Virus record (IMG/VR): IMGVR_UViG_3300028602_000005
Span: 190,911 to 254,910 of that record
Reading direction: 5' to 3' (one strand)
Source of the DNA: a virus
Lineage: Duplodnaviria; Heunggongvirae; Uroviricota; Caudoviricetes
DNA: 64,000 bases
Under the pieces are notes generated by a model. That model was given only the letters and a program-made list of their open reading frames with translations. It was not told where the DNA came from and ran no database searches. Each line of letters starts with the position of its first letter. The first letter of the stretch is position 1. Positions 33,328-43,604 of the stretch are shown here, in pieces. The translations under genes and the position numbers were made by a program.

Positions 33328-34764
33328 TTATTTTCCTATAACATTTATAACCTCTTCTTTGGTTAAGTCTTCAAACTTACCTTTTTCATTTACATATACA
33401 TATCTAATATTCCATTTTTTTGATTCATAAAAAGATATTCTAGGAAGTAATGTTTCTCTTATATCCAAACATCCTATATCAACAATTTCTATTATTATTG
33501 GAATATTTTTGTCTTTTTTAGATCTAACAACTCTTCCACTTAATTGTTCGATATTTGAAATGGGACTTGTTGTTATCAAACAATCTTTTTTAGGAATATC
33601 AACACCATCTCTTATTTTTAAAGGAGTGGAAAAAACTAATTTACTTTTTAAGATATTATTTTTTTCTGATCCTATAAATTTTACTTTATCCATTTCTTTG
33701 GGTAATTTATCAAATAATAATTGTATGTGGTTTTTTCTTTCACTCATTACAATTATATCTCTTTTATCTTTATAAACTTTTTTAATTAAACTAATTAAAA
33801 ATTCATTTAAAATTTTAGAATTTTTAAGCAAATTCAAATATCTAGGTCTATAAAAATTTCCCCCAAAATAAACATATTTAGAACTTTTTTTAATAATTCC
33901 AAAATCTAAAAAGAATATTGTGACTCTAGCATCCATTACACTAGCTTCACCTTCTGGTATAAAAATATTTCCCATATGATATTCTATTATATCACCATTT
34001 CCATCCCATCTATAAGGAGTAGCACTTAAACCAATTGTTATTTTAGATGGAACGTAAATAGAACATTTTGAAAAAGATGGTGCTCCTATACTTGTATGAA
34101 CTTCATCCCCAACAAATATACCTATCTCTGAATTAAATAATGCTTTTTGAAAATTTATTTTATCTCTTTTTAAAAGAGAGAAAAATGTTTGAGATGTCGT
34201 AACTATTATATCACATTCAGAAAGAACTTTTTTATAATTTAATGATGTCAGTCTTTTTATTTTTTTAGGATTTATATCTGTAAATGATAAGAATCCTTGA
34301 GGGTCTTCTTCTGTTCCTGGCCCAATCCATTGATCTACTAAATTATCTTTATGAACTAAAATTAAAGATTTCTTTTTTAATGTAGCTATTACATAAATTG
34401 TAGTTATCGTCTTTCCACTACCAGGTACTGCTTTTAAAAGACCTTTTTTATTATTTATTAAAAAATTAACTATATTTAACTGAAGTTCATCTCTTAATTT
34501 TATATGATGATTAATATTTATATCTAAACCATCTCCTATAATATCTTCTATTTCGAATGAGAATTTACAAAAATTTTCCAATGGAAAATATCTAGGAATT
34601 AAAAGATATTTTTCATTTTCCTGAAAAAATTCAGTTATTGTATAACTCTTTCTATCAAAATTTCTTGACGATCTAGTTAAAAATTTTTTAATTATCATAT
34701 AAAAATATTCATTTTCATATTTTTTAGATATTAATATTCCAGAAGATCTTTTAAATAATAGCAT
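33328..34764 (-). CDS. SF2 DNA helicase (UvsW-like)
   Basis: PGSGKT, DEVH, GLSATP, QLSGRVVR. Confidence 0.88.
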   Translation of the reverse strand: MLLFKRSSGILISKKYENEYFYMIIKKFLTRSSRNFDRKSYTITEFFQENEKYLLIPRYFPLENFCKFSFEIEDIIGDGLDININHHIKLRDELQLNIVNFLINNKKGLLKAVPGSGKTITTIYVIATLKKKSLILVHKDNLVDQWIGPGTEEDPQGFLSFTDINPKKIKRLTSLNYKKVLSECDIIVTTSQTFFSLLKRDKINFQKALFNSEIGIFVGDEVHTSIGAPSFSKCSIYVPSKITIGLSATPYRWDGNGDIIEYHMGNIFIPEGEASVMDARVTIFFLDFGIIKKSSKYVYFGGNFYRPRYLNLLKNSKILNEFLISLIKKVYKDKRDIIVMSERKNHIQLLFDKLPKEMDKVKFIGSEKNNILKSKLVFSTPLKIRDGVDIPKKDCLITTSPISNIEQLSGRVVRSKKDKNIPIIIEIVDIGCLDIRETLLPRISFYESKKWNIRYVYVNEKGKFEDLTKEEVINVIGK

Positions 34765-34792
34765 AATTTATTTTCCTATTTAATTTAATTTT

Positions 34793-35233
34793 TTATAATA
34801 TACCTGTAAATTCCACCTCTGAATTTTTACCTTCTGTAATTTTTACACACAATAAATCAATATTATCATATCCTAAGAGTTTATTTTTCATATCATAATA
34901 TATAAATTTTGCAATAGATTCTATTGTAGGATTAGATAGAAGTTTAATAAATTTTAAATCGCAATCATGATCATCATTAGAAAGAAGTTTTTCTATATTC
35001 GAACTTAATGAATCTTCATAATTATAAATAAAAGCATGATCAATAAGTGAAACGGAATCTTTTATTATTTTTTCTAATTCCTTAAAATCTATCACCATAC
35101 CTCTATTGTCAAGTTTTTTTGACATTACAGTTACTGAAATTTCAAGATCATGCCCATGAATATTTTTACATACTTCATGTCCACTTAGTCTATGACCTAT
35201 TGAAATATTTACACTCTTTGTTAAATAAAACAT
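34793..35233 (-). CDS. queD: 6-carboxy-5,6,7,8-tetrahydropterin synthase
   Basis: GHRL..CKNIHGH, GMVIDF, DH, PTIE. Confidence 0.9.
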   Translation of the reverse strand: MFYLTKSVNISIGHRLSGHEVCKNIHGHDLEISVTVMSKKLDNRGMVIDFKELEKIIKDSVSLIDHAFIYNYEDSLSSNIEKLLSNDDHDCDLKFIKLLSNPTIESIAKFIYYDMKNKLLGYDNIDLLCVKITEGKNSEVEFTGIL

Positions 35234-35236
35234 ATT

Positions 35237-36565
35237 TTAACTTTTTCTCCTTTTAATAAAATTAGATATAAAATTGGAATATTGATCTAAACAATGTTCT
35301 TCTATTTTTTCAAGTTTGTCTTTATAATATTTTATAGTATTAGATAAATCATTAATATCAATATTAATTGTTAATAATCTATTTATTCTATATTTATTAA
35401 ATAATTCTTTAATTATTTCTTCACTTTCTTCAGATTCTTTTGATATATTTTTTATAATTTCTTCTATATCTTTAATTTTATTTTTAGATAAATAATTACC
35501 TAAAAATGGTCTTATCTTTTCAAGAATTTTATATTCATTTATTACAGTATTTATTCTATTTATTTCAGTATTTAACATTACCTTATTTACATCAATAAAT
35601 TCTTTATATGATTTCAATAATAATTCATCAACAGAAGGTCTATAAACTTTTCCATTTACATCAACAACAGTAATTTCATAATTTATATTTCCAATTACTG
35701 CTTCTTCAAATTTTTCAAGAAAACTTTTAAATATTTCATCTCTATTTCTTAGTTTAGAAACTTCAAATATAATATTAGTTTCTTTCCTTGATAAATCTAT
35801 AATCCCTATATCATTGTTTTCAAATTCTTTTGAAAATTTGGATATTATAGATTTAAATTTATTACCTTCTGGCCAAGAGTTTAAAATTATTCTATTATTT
35901 TTTTTATCTACAGTATATTTACCTCTTACTTTAATACTTTTAGTTCCTTTTTCTAAAAGCTCTTTTAATTCATCATCTTTAGATAAAATAACACAATCAG
36001 TTTTGGGTTTAATTATAGGTTCTTTTTTTATTTTACCTAAAAGAAATTCTAATCTTTTAAACAGATCACTGAGTTCAAAGGTAGGAGATAAAATCCTACA
36101 ACCAAACCCTATTCCCATACTCGATCCCATTAAACAAAATGGAAACATAGTTGGAATAAATAATGGTTCTTTATCTAATTCAGAATCAATTTTTGGAACA
36201 TAATCAATATATTTAAATGCCATTTCAACAACCCAATTTGATAATTTACATTCAGTATATCTCATTGCTGAAGCCTCACATGGTTCTACACCAACACTTG
36301 ATCCAAAATTTCCCTGTTTATCTAAAAAACCATTATTTACCATTTGAATTATCGTTGTATAACAACTTCCATGAGGATGATAATGACCAATCACATGACC
36401 ATCTACTCTGGCACTTTTCACTAATTTACCTCTAGCTATTTCAAAAGTAGATAAAAGAACTCTTCTTTCAACAGGTTTTAAGCCATCTAAATCTAAAGGT
36501 AAAGCTCTGTTTCTATTTACATATAATCCGTATTCTCTGTAAAGATTTGGTATTAAATTATCCAT
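35237..36565 (-). CDS. gyrA: type IIA topoisomerase subunit A lacking the C-terminal pinwheel
   Basis: RALP..DGLKPVERR, KSARV..YHPHG, ASAMRYTE catalytic Tyr; only 442 aa. Confidence 0.9.
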   Translation of the reverse strand: MDNLIPNLYREYGLYVNRNRALPLDLDGLKPVERRVLLSTFEIARGKLVKSARVDGHVIGHYHPHGSCYTTIIQMVNNGFLDKQGNFGSSVGVEPCEASAMRYTECKLSNWVVEMAFKYIDYVPKIDSELDKEPLFIPTMFPFCLMGSSMGIGFGCRILSPTFELSDLFKRLEFLLGKIKKEPIIKPKTDCVILSKDDELKELLEKGTKSIKVRGKYTVDKKNNRIILNSWPEGNKFKSIISKFSKEFENNDIGIIDLSRKETNIIFEVSKLRNRDEIFKSFLEKFEEAVIGNINYEITVVDVNGKVYRPSVDELLLKSYKEFIDVNKVMLNTEINRINTVINEYKILEKIRPFLGNYLSKNKIKDIEEIIKNISKESEESEEIIKELFNKYRINRLLTINIDINDLSNTIKYYKDKLEKIEEHCLDQYSNFISNFIKRRKS

Positions 36566-36627
36566 TATTTATTTGTTACCTTTTTATTGGTAGAATTACC
36601 TTTTATTTTTTCCATAATATATTATCC

Positions 36628-37013
36628 TCAATCTAATACGATTACTCCTTCTGGATAAGCTTCCGTACCAATTGGAATTTCAAAACTTAAATAAGCAGCA
36701 TCTTTGTATAATGATTCATCTTTAAGAAATCTCTTAAGTGCATTGACAGAAGAAATCAAACTAAAATTTTTTTTTGTTCTCCTATAGGTTTTACTCTTAT
36801 AATCATAAATTTAAATGGATGTGTTAAATATTCTTTAAATTTAAATGCATTTTCAAATGTATCAAAAACTAATATTCCTGGTGTATTTGGAATAGGTTTA
36901 ACATGATTACCTTTAAAATAATATAAAGATTCGTTGAGTATTTTACATGTTTTATATATCACACTCCTCCTAGAATTAGTAACCACTTTCCATTTTATAT
37001 TTTCTTTTTTCAT
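36628..37013 (-). CDS. hypothetical protein interrupted by a frameshift at an A9 run
   Basis: The 85-aa ORF stops just after CAAAAAAAAATTTT; the -1 frame continues NFSLISSVNALKRF...PIGTEAYPEGVIVLD* to 36628. Confidence 0.55.
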
Positions 37014-37516
37014 AAAACTTTTGAACCTCTCAATATTGCTAAATCATGATATATATGATATGGAACAAGTCTTCGATATTCTTCATCTTTTCCTAGTTTA
37101 TATAAATCTCTAAAAGCTGAAGAACTATAATAGAAATATTGTGGGTCACACATTAAAAAGAATGTTTCGACATTTCCAATTTCTCTATTTAAAGATGCAA
37201 TCTGAAATTCATAATTAAAATCAGTATTTGATCTTAATCCTCTAATAATAGATATTGAATCAGTCAAAAGTTTTCTTTCATTTACATAATCTTTAACTAA
37301 TCCAGAAAAATTATCACATATAACATATGAATCTTTAAAGCTTTGTTCGATAAAAGATTTTCTTTCTTCCAAAGTAAACATTGTTTTTTTATTTGAATTT
37401 TCAGATATTAGAACAATAACTGTATCAAAAATTTCTAAACTTCTATTCACTATATCAAAATGACCATATGTGATAGGATCAAATGTTCCTGGATATATTC
37501 CTACTTTCTTCTCCAT
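37010..37516 (-). CDS. coaD: phosphopantetheine adenylyltransferase
   Basis: YPGTFDPITYGH, IIRGLR..DFNYE, VETFFL, SSS. Confidence 0.92.
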   Translation of the reverse strand: MEKKVGIYPGTFDPITYGHFDIVNRSLEIFDTVIVLISENSNKKTMFTLEERKSFIEQSFKDSYVICDNFSGLVKDYVNERKLLTDSISIIRGLRSNTDFNYEFQIASLNREIGNVETFFLMCDPQYFYYSSSAFRDLYKLGKDEEYRRLVPYHIYHDLAILRGSKVL

Positions 37517-37521
37517 AAAAA

Positions 37522-39300
37522 TTACTCCATTCCCAATAATTTCCTTTTTTCACTTACACTTTCAAATAATTTCATTATATTTTCAAGATTTTCAGTATAT
37601 TCTACTTTTATCAAATTTCTTGTTTTTTTATTTAAAGCTGAAATTTCTAATTGCCAAGGTTCTAATTCACCCAATCCTTTGAATCTTGTTATATTTTCAC
37701 CCTTTTCTCTATACTTATCTAATGTTTCATTATCCCAAATAGGAATAAAATTTTTTCCTTTTGTTATTCCATATAAAGGCATTTTAGCTAAATAATAATG
37801 ACCTTCTTTTATAATTTCTGGAACTAAAGTTGCCAGCGCAATAGTCAATAAACAAAATATATGACCACCGTCAGCATCAGCATCAACAGCAGATATTACC
37901 TTATCATATTTTAATTTTTTTATATCAAAGTCTGGTCCTACACCTGTCCCAAGAGATTGAATTAATTCAGATATTTCTTTATTTGCTAAAATATCTTTTT
38001 TATTTATTATCGAAGGAATTTTACCTCTTAATGGAAATATTGCATGTATTCTAGGATCTCTTGAATTTATAAATGGTCCTGAAGCAGAATCTCCTTCTAC
38101 GATGAATAATTCCCCATTTGAATTTAAACAATCTCTCAATTTAGTAAATCCTGTTGTTAATCGCTTTCTTGAAGAATTTCCAGAATTTATTTTTTTAGAG
38201 TTCATTTTAATTCTGTAATTTTTAAAATATTCTAAAATCTTATCTAAATCATCATTATTTTTATTTAATTCTATTTCTAAAACTTGCCTAATTTTTGAAA
38301 ATAGTTTAGTAAAATATGTTTTCCTATTAATAAGTTTTTCTTTTGACTGACCAGATAATTCTGGTTTTAATAATTCCAAACTTATATAACATCTTAAACC
38401 ACAAAGAACATCATTAGGTTGAAGTCTTAAATTTGCTTTCTTTGCCTTAATTAATAAATAATCTTTTAAACACTCAAAAAACAGATTTACATGTGTTCCA
38501 CCATCTTTAACAGGTAATATATTTACTGATGAAATTACCTTTGGCATTATAGGAGCATTATAAACATATGAAAATAAAATATCAAAGTTTTCTTTCCCCA
38601 AAGATCCATTTATTTTAAATATTTTAGATGATTCTTTATTATTTAAAAATTGATCTTTGAAAAATGTTTCTTTATCTAATTTTATAACTTCTTGTTTACC
38701 GTCTATTTGTAGGACAAATGTACAATTTTTTAATTCAGCGGAAGCAATTAGAATTCTTTCTCTAACTCTTTCTAAATCTATTTTTTCATCTTCAAAATAT
38801 TTCTTATTTGGTTTAAATTTTATGAGTGTTGAATATGGTTTTTCTTCAGTTTTTATTTTATCTTTTTTCACAATTACTGAATTTTCGAAATAATATCTTG
38901 AATTTTCACTATTTCTAAAAATACTTATTTCAAATGTTTCACTCAAAGCATTTATGGCTACTAATCCTACACCATGTAAACCACTACAAATTTCATAGAC
39001 TGTTTTTCCATCTTGGAATTTTGCGCCTGAAAATAATTTTGTTGAAATTGTAATCGGTATATCCTTTTCTGTGGGAATTCCTCTTCCGTTATCTATTATA
39101 GAATATTCATTTTTTTTAGTATCTATTATTATTGCGATAGCATTTGCATATCCAGATAAAGCTTCGTCTATACTATTATCAAAAGCTTCCTCTAATAAAT
39201 GTACGGGATTACTAGTTTCCCCAATATACATTCCTGGATTCATTCTAACATGTTCAATTTCTTCTACAATTTTTATATCTTCATGAGAATATTCTGACAT
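37522..39300 (-). CDS. gyrB: type IIA topoisomerase subunit B
   Basis: PGMYIG, DNSIDE, DNGRGIP, GLHGVG, VEGDSA, PLRGK, DADADG, RFKGLGE. Confidence 0.93.
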   Translation of the reverse strand: MSEYSHEDIKIVEEIEHVRMNPGMYIGETSNPVHLLEEAFDNSIDEALSGYANAIAIIIDTKKNEYSIIDNGRGIPTEKDIPITISTKLFSGAKFQDGKTVYEICSGLHGVGLVAINALSETFEISIFRNSENSRYYFENSVIVKKDKIKTEEKPYSTLIKFKPNKKYFEDEKIDLERVRERILIASAELKNCTFVLQIDGKQEVIKLDKETFFKDQFLNNKESSKIFKINGSLGKENFDILFSYVYNAPIMPKVISSVNILPVKDGGTHVNLFFECLKDYLLIKAKKANLRLQPNDVLCGLRCYISLELLKPELSGQSKEKLINRKTYFTKLFSKIRQVLEIELNKNNDDLDKILEYFKNYRIKMNSKKINSGNSSRKRLTTGFTKLRDCLNSNGELFIVEGDSASGPFINSRDPRIHAIFPLRGKIPSIINKKDILANKEISELIQSLGTGVGPDFDIKKLKYDKVISAVDADADGGHIFCLLTIALATLVPEIIKEGHYYLAKMPLYGITKGKNFIPIWDNETLDKYREKGENITRFKGLGELEPWQLEISALNKKTRNLIKVEYTENLENIMKLFESVSEKRKLLGME

Positions 39301-39322
39301 CTATCCTCCAATTAAAATAAAT

Positions 39323-40591
39323 TTATAATTTAATTACATATCCACTTCTATCAATTAAATTTGTTTGACCATTTTTATTTACAATCCAAATAATTTTATT
39401 TGGTAATAAATTTCTTGGTATTTTATTTATATCTTCACAGAAACCATCTGTAAAAACTAAAATAACATCATTTTTTATTTCTTTGAATTGTTTTAATGCT
39501 GGATATAATTCTGTTCCACCTCTACCCTTTAAATCATATCTGATATCACTTAATTTTTTTATAGTATATATTTTTTGTATTATAGTATCTATTTCTATAA
39601 CAGTAGTGGTAGTATTTCTATCATGTTCTATAAAATCAACTATTGCCGATAAACCTTCTTTTATATCTTCTATTGCCATACTAGCTGAAATATCTAAAAT
39701 AATACCTATCTTAAAACTAAAATCTTTTCTTTTACCTGGAAATAATGCCATCTTTATTGAATCTTCATTACTTCCTTCTAATAAATATAATCTTTTTTTA
39801 TTTATCCTAGAATATGATTTAGTATATTTTGATCTTTTTGATCCTTTAACTAATTTTCTAACTATATAATAATAAGGAAGTATTGGTTCAAATAATAATT
39901 CATCAATTAATTCTGTTATATATCCTGGGATATTACCTCTATCTCTAATAGAATTAAAAGATTGTTTTACTATATTTTTAATATAATTTTCTAATGTTCT
40001 TATTAAAACTGAATTATCGCTAGATGAAAAATCTAAATTATTAACCCATTTAATATGATTATCTTTTTCATCTTTATTTTCTCCATTATTTTTTAAATTT
40101 TTAAAATATTCATAATAATATTCTGAAGATTGCTTTTCTAATAAACCGACTTTCTTTGGATGATATAATGGATATGGTTTTTCATTTACTATTAATTCAG
40201 AAATATTTAATATACTATTAACAGCACAATCTGCTCCTTTACTCCAATCCTTTTTTATTTTTTCAGCTTTTTTTTGATCTTCATAATTTAAATTTATTCT
40301 TTTTATATTTTCAATTTCTAACATTTTTAAAAGTCTTGGGATGTGTCTATTAAGTATATGAATACCCTCATGTTCTATAATTTTTGTATTATGTGAATAT
40401 GAAGTATTCTTAATTAAATCATTATTAAAAATTAATGATATTAAACCATCATTTTCCAAACTAACCATCATAGGAAATTTAATACTATTGTCTTCTATTC
40501 TTCTTATTTTAGAAAATACATAACCCCAATAATTATCATCTAAAATTAATTTACCTATGATTTTGGAAATAATAGAATCACTTCCGATCAT
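39323..40591 (-). CDS. metallopeptidase-like + vWA domain protein (DUF2201-like)
   Basis: HEGIH, ADCAVN, ILDISASM, GRGGT, VFTDG. Confidence 0.85.
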   Translation of the reverse strand: MIGSDSIISKIIGKLILDDNYWGYVFSKIRRIEDNSIKFPMMVSLENDGLISLIFNNDLIKNTSYSHNTKIIEHEGIHILNRHIPRLLKMLEIENIKRINLNYEDQKKAEKIKKDWSKGADCAVNSILNISELIVNEKPYPLYHPKKVGLLEKQSSEYYYEYFKNLKNNGENKDEKDNHIKWVNNLDFSSSDNSVLIRTLENYIKNIVKQSFNSIRDRGNIPGYITELIDELLFEPILPYYYIVRKLVKGSKRSKYTKSYSRINKKRLYLLEGSNEDSIKMALFPGKRKDFSFKIGIILDISASMAIEDIKEGLSAIVDFIEHDRNTTTTVIEIDTIIQKIYTIKKLSDIRYDLKGRGGTELYPALKQFKEIKNDVILVFTDGFCEDINKIPRNLLPNKIIWIVNKNGQTNLIDRSGYVIKL

Positions 40592-41811
40592 AATTTTTCC
40601 TTTTTAAGATTACTCAATTTCTGATAATAATTTTCCATATAAAGAGGGAGCTTTTTCATCTTAATATGTAGTTTTGTAAAATATTTATATTCTTCTGAAG
40701 CACTTCCATATGTATCTATTACAGATAAGAATGAAGTAGCAATATCTATTGGAATATCTGTTAAAAACATTCCTATATTATTTATCAACTCATCATTAAT
40801 TTCAGGTCGATGCGTTAAAGTATAAATTGAAAATGACTGCATAATATTAGATAATTTAACATAATTATTATTTTCTATTAAATTTAAAATATATTTTCTT
40901 ACATCATTATATTTTTCTAATATATCTTTTGGATTAATATCAAAACCTTCTTTTATAAAATCTATAAACAATCTTGCATGTGATAAATTTATTTTTCCAG
41001 CTATCAAAGGAAGTAATTCTTCAGAATTTTGAATTAAATTAAAACCTGATAATTCATAACCATATAAAATAGTTGAAACTTCTTCCCAACTTCCAGGATT
41101 AGAATAAACACTCCCTAATTTTTGTGAATCATAATCATATAAATAATTAGGATGAATAATAATCCAATCAATTACGGAATTATGAAATTTTTTCTCTTTC
41201 GCATAATTTAAAAATGATTGTACATTGACATCAGTATAAATATGAAGAGTTCTTCTTAAACCAGCCGCATCTTCAAAAGAATTCATTGAATATTCTCTAT
41301 CATCTGGATTATCTAAACAAATTACAAACCAACCTTTAGGAAATTCTTTTAAATGTATTTTATATTCGTTTTGAATTTGCCACATTAATTGTTGGAGGTT
41401 ATCATCCCCTCTACTAAATTCATCTATTACAAAGATTCCAAATGAATCTTCTTCTTTGGGAATAAATTCAGTATAAAACATTTCAAATGTCTTTTGATCT
41501 GGAAGTGGATATGGACCCATTAAATCATCTCTCGATATAACTGGAGATGTTATTTTTATATATTTAAAATCGATATTTAAAATTTCACTTATTTCTTCTT
41601 GAATTTGTTTACATATTTGAGTTTTACCAACACCTGCTGGTCCTATAATATGAAATGTTTGTTTTTTTAAATCAAATCCTTCATTCCAGCAATTTATTGT
41701 ATTAATAATATTTTGTTTAATTAATTTTTTAATTTGATCTATAGATAATACTGATATATTCAACTTTTCAAAATATTTCTTCTCTACTTCACCTTCCATT
41801 TTTAACCTCAA
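40588..41811 (-). CDS. MoxR-like AAA+ ATPase
   Basis: GPAGVGKT, FVIDEFSR, LRR, NPGSWE; coupled to the vWA gene. Confidence 0.85.
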   Translation of the reverse strand: MRLKMEGEVEKKYFEKLNISVLSIDQIKKLIKQNIINTINCWNEGFDLKKQTFHIIGPAGVGKTQICKQIQEEISEILNIDFKYIKITSPVISRDDLMGPYPLPDQKTFEMFYTEFIPKEEDSFGIFVIDEFSRGDDNLQQLMWQIQNEYKIHLKEFPKGWFVICLDNPDDREYSMNSFEDAAGLRRTLHIYTDVNVQSFLNYAKEKKFHNSVIDWIIIHPNYLYDYDSQKLGSVYSNPGSWEEVSTILYGYELSGFNLIQNSEELLPLIAGKINLSHARLFIDFIKEGFDINPKDILEKYNDVRKYILNLIENNNYVKLSNIMQSFSIYTLTHRPEINDELINNIGMFLTDIPIDIATSFLSVIDTYGSASEEYKYFTKLHIKMKKLPLYMENYYQKLSNLKKEKL

Positions 41812-41921
41812 AAAATCATTTTATAAAAACCATAAAGAAAAATAAATGTTATAATTAATGAAATGATAAAAATAGTTAATAAATATTTTTCATTTAAGGA
41901 TTTTCTATTTTTAAAAATCAT
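41808..41921 (-). CDS. 37-aa single-TM microprotein (not in ORF track)
   Basis: MIFKNRKSLNEKYLLTIFIISLIITFIFLYGFYKMIF*; GAGGAG RBS. Confidence 0.55.
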   Translation of the reverse strand: MIFKNRKSLNEKYLLTIFIISLIITFIFLYGFYKMIF

Positions 41922-41944
41922 TTCAAATTCTCCTCATTATTAAA

Positions 41945-41969
41945 GGGGGTTAGTATAATACTAACCCCC
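41945..41969 (-). terminator. intrinsic terminator
   Basis: 11-bp stem GGGGGTTAGTA/TACTAACCCCC followed by TTT on the minus strand. Confidence 0.75.
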
Positions 41970-41993
41970 ATATATACGTGATAAATACTCTAT

Positions 41994-42926
41994 TTAGAAA
42001 ACAAAATCATCTGTAACAAATTTATTTTCTTTTTCACTAGAATTTGTATTGTTAACTGGTTCAAATTCTGGAATAGAATCTTCGTCATTATTATCATCAA
42101 AAATTTGATCTTCTGAAAAATTACTTCCAACACCAACAGCAGCGGAGCCTGACATGTTTTTAGACCAATCAAACTTTTCTTTAAATTCTTTTTGTGTTTC
42201 TTTTGCCATTTTAAGAAGCTTAAAAACATCACTATTTTCCAAAAATTCTTTGCTTTTATTAAGCTGAAATACCATTTTATCTCCATATCTGGTATTTTGA
42301 GAACCAACTGTTATTTTTGTGAGATGTCTTTTATTATTTGAATATAGTTTCTCAAATTTCTTAGTTTCATCTGTAGCAGGTTGAAAAAGAGGTGGATATT
42401 CAAGCTTGGATAATTCGTCTAAATATGTTCCGACATTATTATATTTAGCTCCCTTTCCTCTTATAAATCCATAAACAATTCTTCCTTCACTATCTTTAAT
42501 TAATCTCTTTTCCAAATTTCTTTCTCCTGGATTTACAAGAACTCCAGCTACAATCAATTCTGTTTTACAATTTTTACAAAAATCATTTGCGGCTCTTTCA
42601 GTTCCATTCTTACAACAAATTTTTCCTGTCGTAGATTTCCAAGGCCATTCACCTTCTCTAAAAGAGAAACATTCAACCTTATTTTTATCATTCTTTTTCA
42701 ATAATACTTGGTGAGTATGAAGAATAATCATATAAACTTCAGTCAAATTTATATTAAAACCTCTAATTTGAAGTTTACCTCCTTCTTCTACTTCATCCTT
42801 ATAATTTTTCCTTGTTGATCCTGCAATGTAAATAGAATGGAAAAACTCATCTTCTGGTTTTATTTGAGGTCTTGAAATTCCTCCTCCATAAACACTACCT
42901 TTATAATCATTAAAACTTTCACTCAT
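41994..42926 (-). CDS. putative ssDNA-binding/replication protein
   Basis: Acidic C-terminal tail ending DDFVF, Cys cluster, own terminator; function inferred. Confidence 0.45.
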   Translation of the reverse strand: MSESFNDYKGSVYGGGISRPQIKPEDEFFHSIYIAGSTRKNYKDEVEEGGKLQIRGFNINLTEVYMIILHTHQVLLKKNDKNKVECFSFREGEWPWKSTTGKICCKNGTERAANDFCKNCKTELIVAGVLVNPGERNLEKRLIKDSEGRIVYGFIRGKGAKYNNVGTYLDELSKLEYPPLFQPATDETKKFEKLYSNNKRHLTKITVGSQNTRYGDKMVFQLNKSKEFLENSDVFKLLKMAKETQKEFKEKFDWSKNMSGSAAVGVGSNFSEDQIFDDNNDEDSIPEFEPVNNTNSSEKENKFVTDDFVF

Positions 42927-42947
42927 AAAAAATGTTCCTTTCTTTAA

Positions 42948-43550
42948 TTATTTATTTAGTTCGAGTAAAAAGTTACAAAACCCATTTTTCTTAGGTAATG
43001 TAACGATACTATATGTTGAATCAAACCAACATTTTGTAGGTTCTTCCATAATAGATGATGATGAAAATTTAATTATTTTTCTATCTTCAAAATTAGAAAT
43101 ATCTTTAATTTTTTCATCTTTTAAAATTATAAAATTTATTTTCCTTACCTTAGAATCTGTTAATTCACCTGTTATTAACTTAGTATGAGGGCAATATATA
43201 ATTATTATTTCATCATCACTTATTTTTCTGAAAATTTCATTTTTATATAAATATAAATTTGAATCAATATCATACGCCAAAGACTTTCCTTCAAACACAA
43301 CTCTTTCGATTGAAGTATGTTGACGACATAAATTTATGCCTATTTTTTTCTTTTCTTTACAAACACTACAATTAGAATTATCTATCGAATAATTTGGAAT
43401 TATATCTTTTATTTTTTTATCATTAGAAGATACTTTTGAAATAGTATTTAATATTTTTTTTCTGTTTAATAATAATTTTAAAATTGTAACTGGAAAAACT
43501 TCAATTTGTAGGTTTTCAGTAAACTTTTCAATGAACAGATTCTTCTTCAT
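42948..43550 (-). CDS. hypothetical Zn-finger protein
   Basis: CSVC..LCRQH motif. Confidence 0.6.
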   Translation of the reverse strand: MKKNLFIEKFTENLQIEVFPVTILKLLLNRKKILNTISKVSSNDKKIKDIIPNYSIDNSNCSVCKEKKKIGINLCRQHTSIERVVFEGKSLAYDIDSNLYLYKNEIFRKISDDEIIIIYCPHTKLITGELTDSKVRKINFIILKDEKIKDISNFEDRKIIKFSSSSIMEEPTKCWFDSTYSIVTLPKKNGFCNFLLELNK

Positions 43551-43604
43551 ACAAACTCCTATAAAATTTTTTGGGAAAAAAGCATGTTAATAAAATTTCA
43601 CAAA

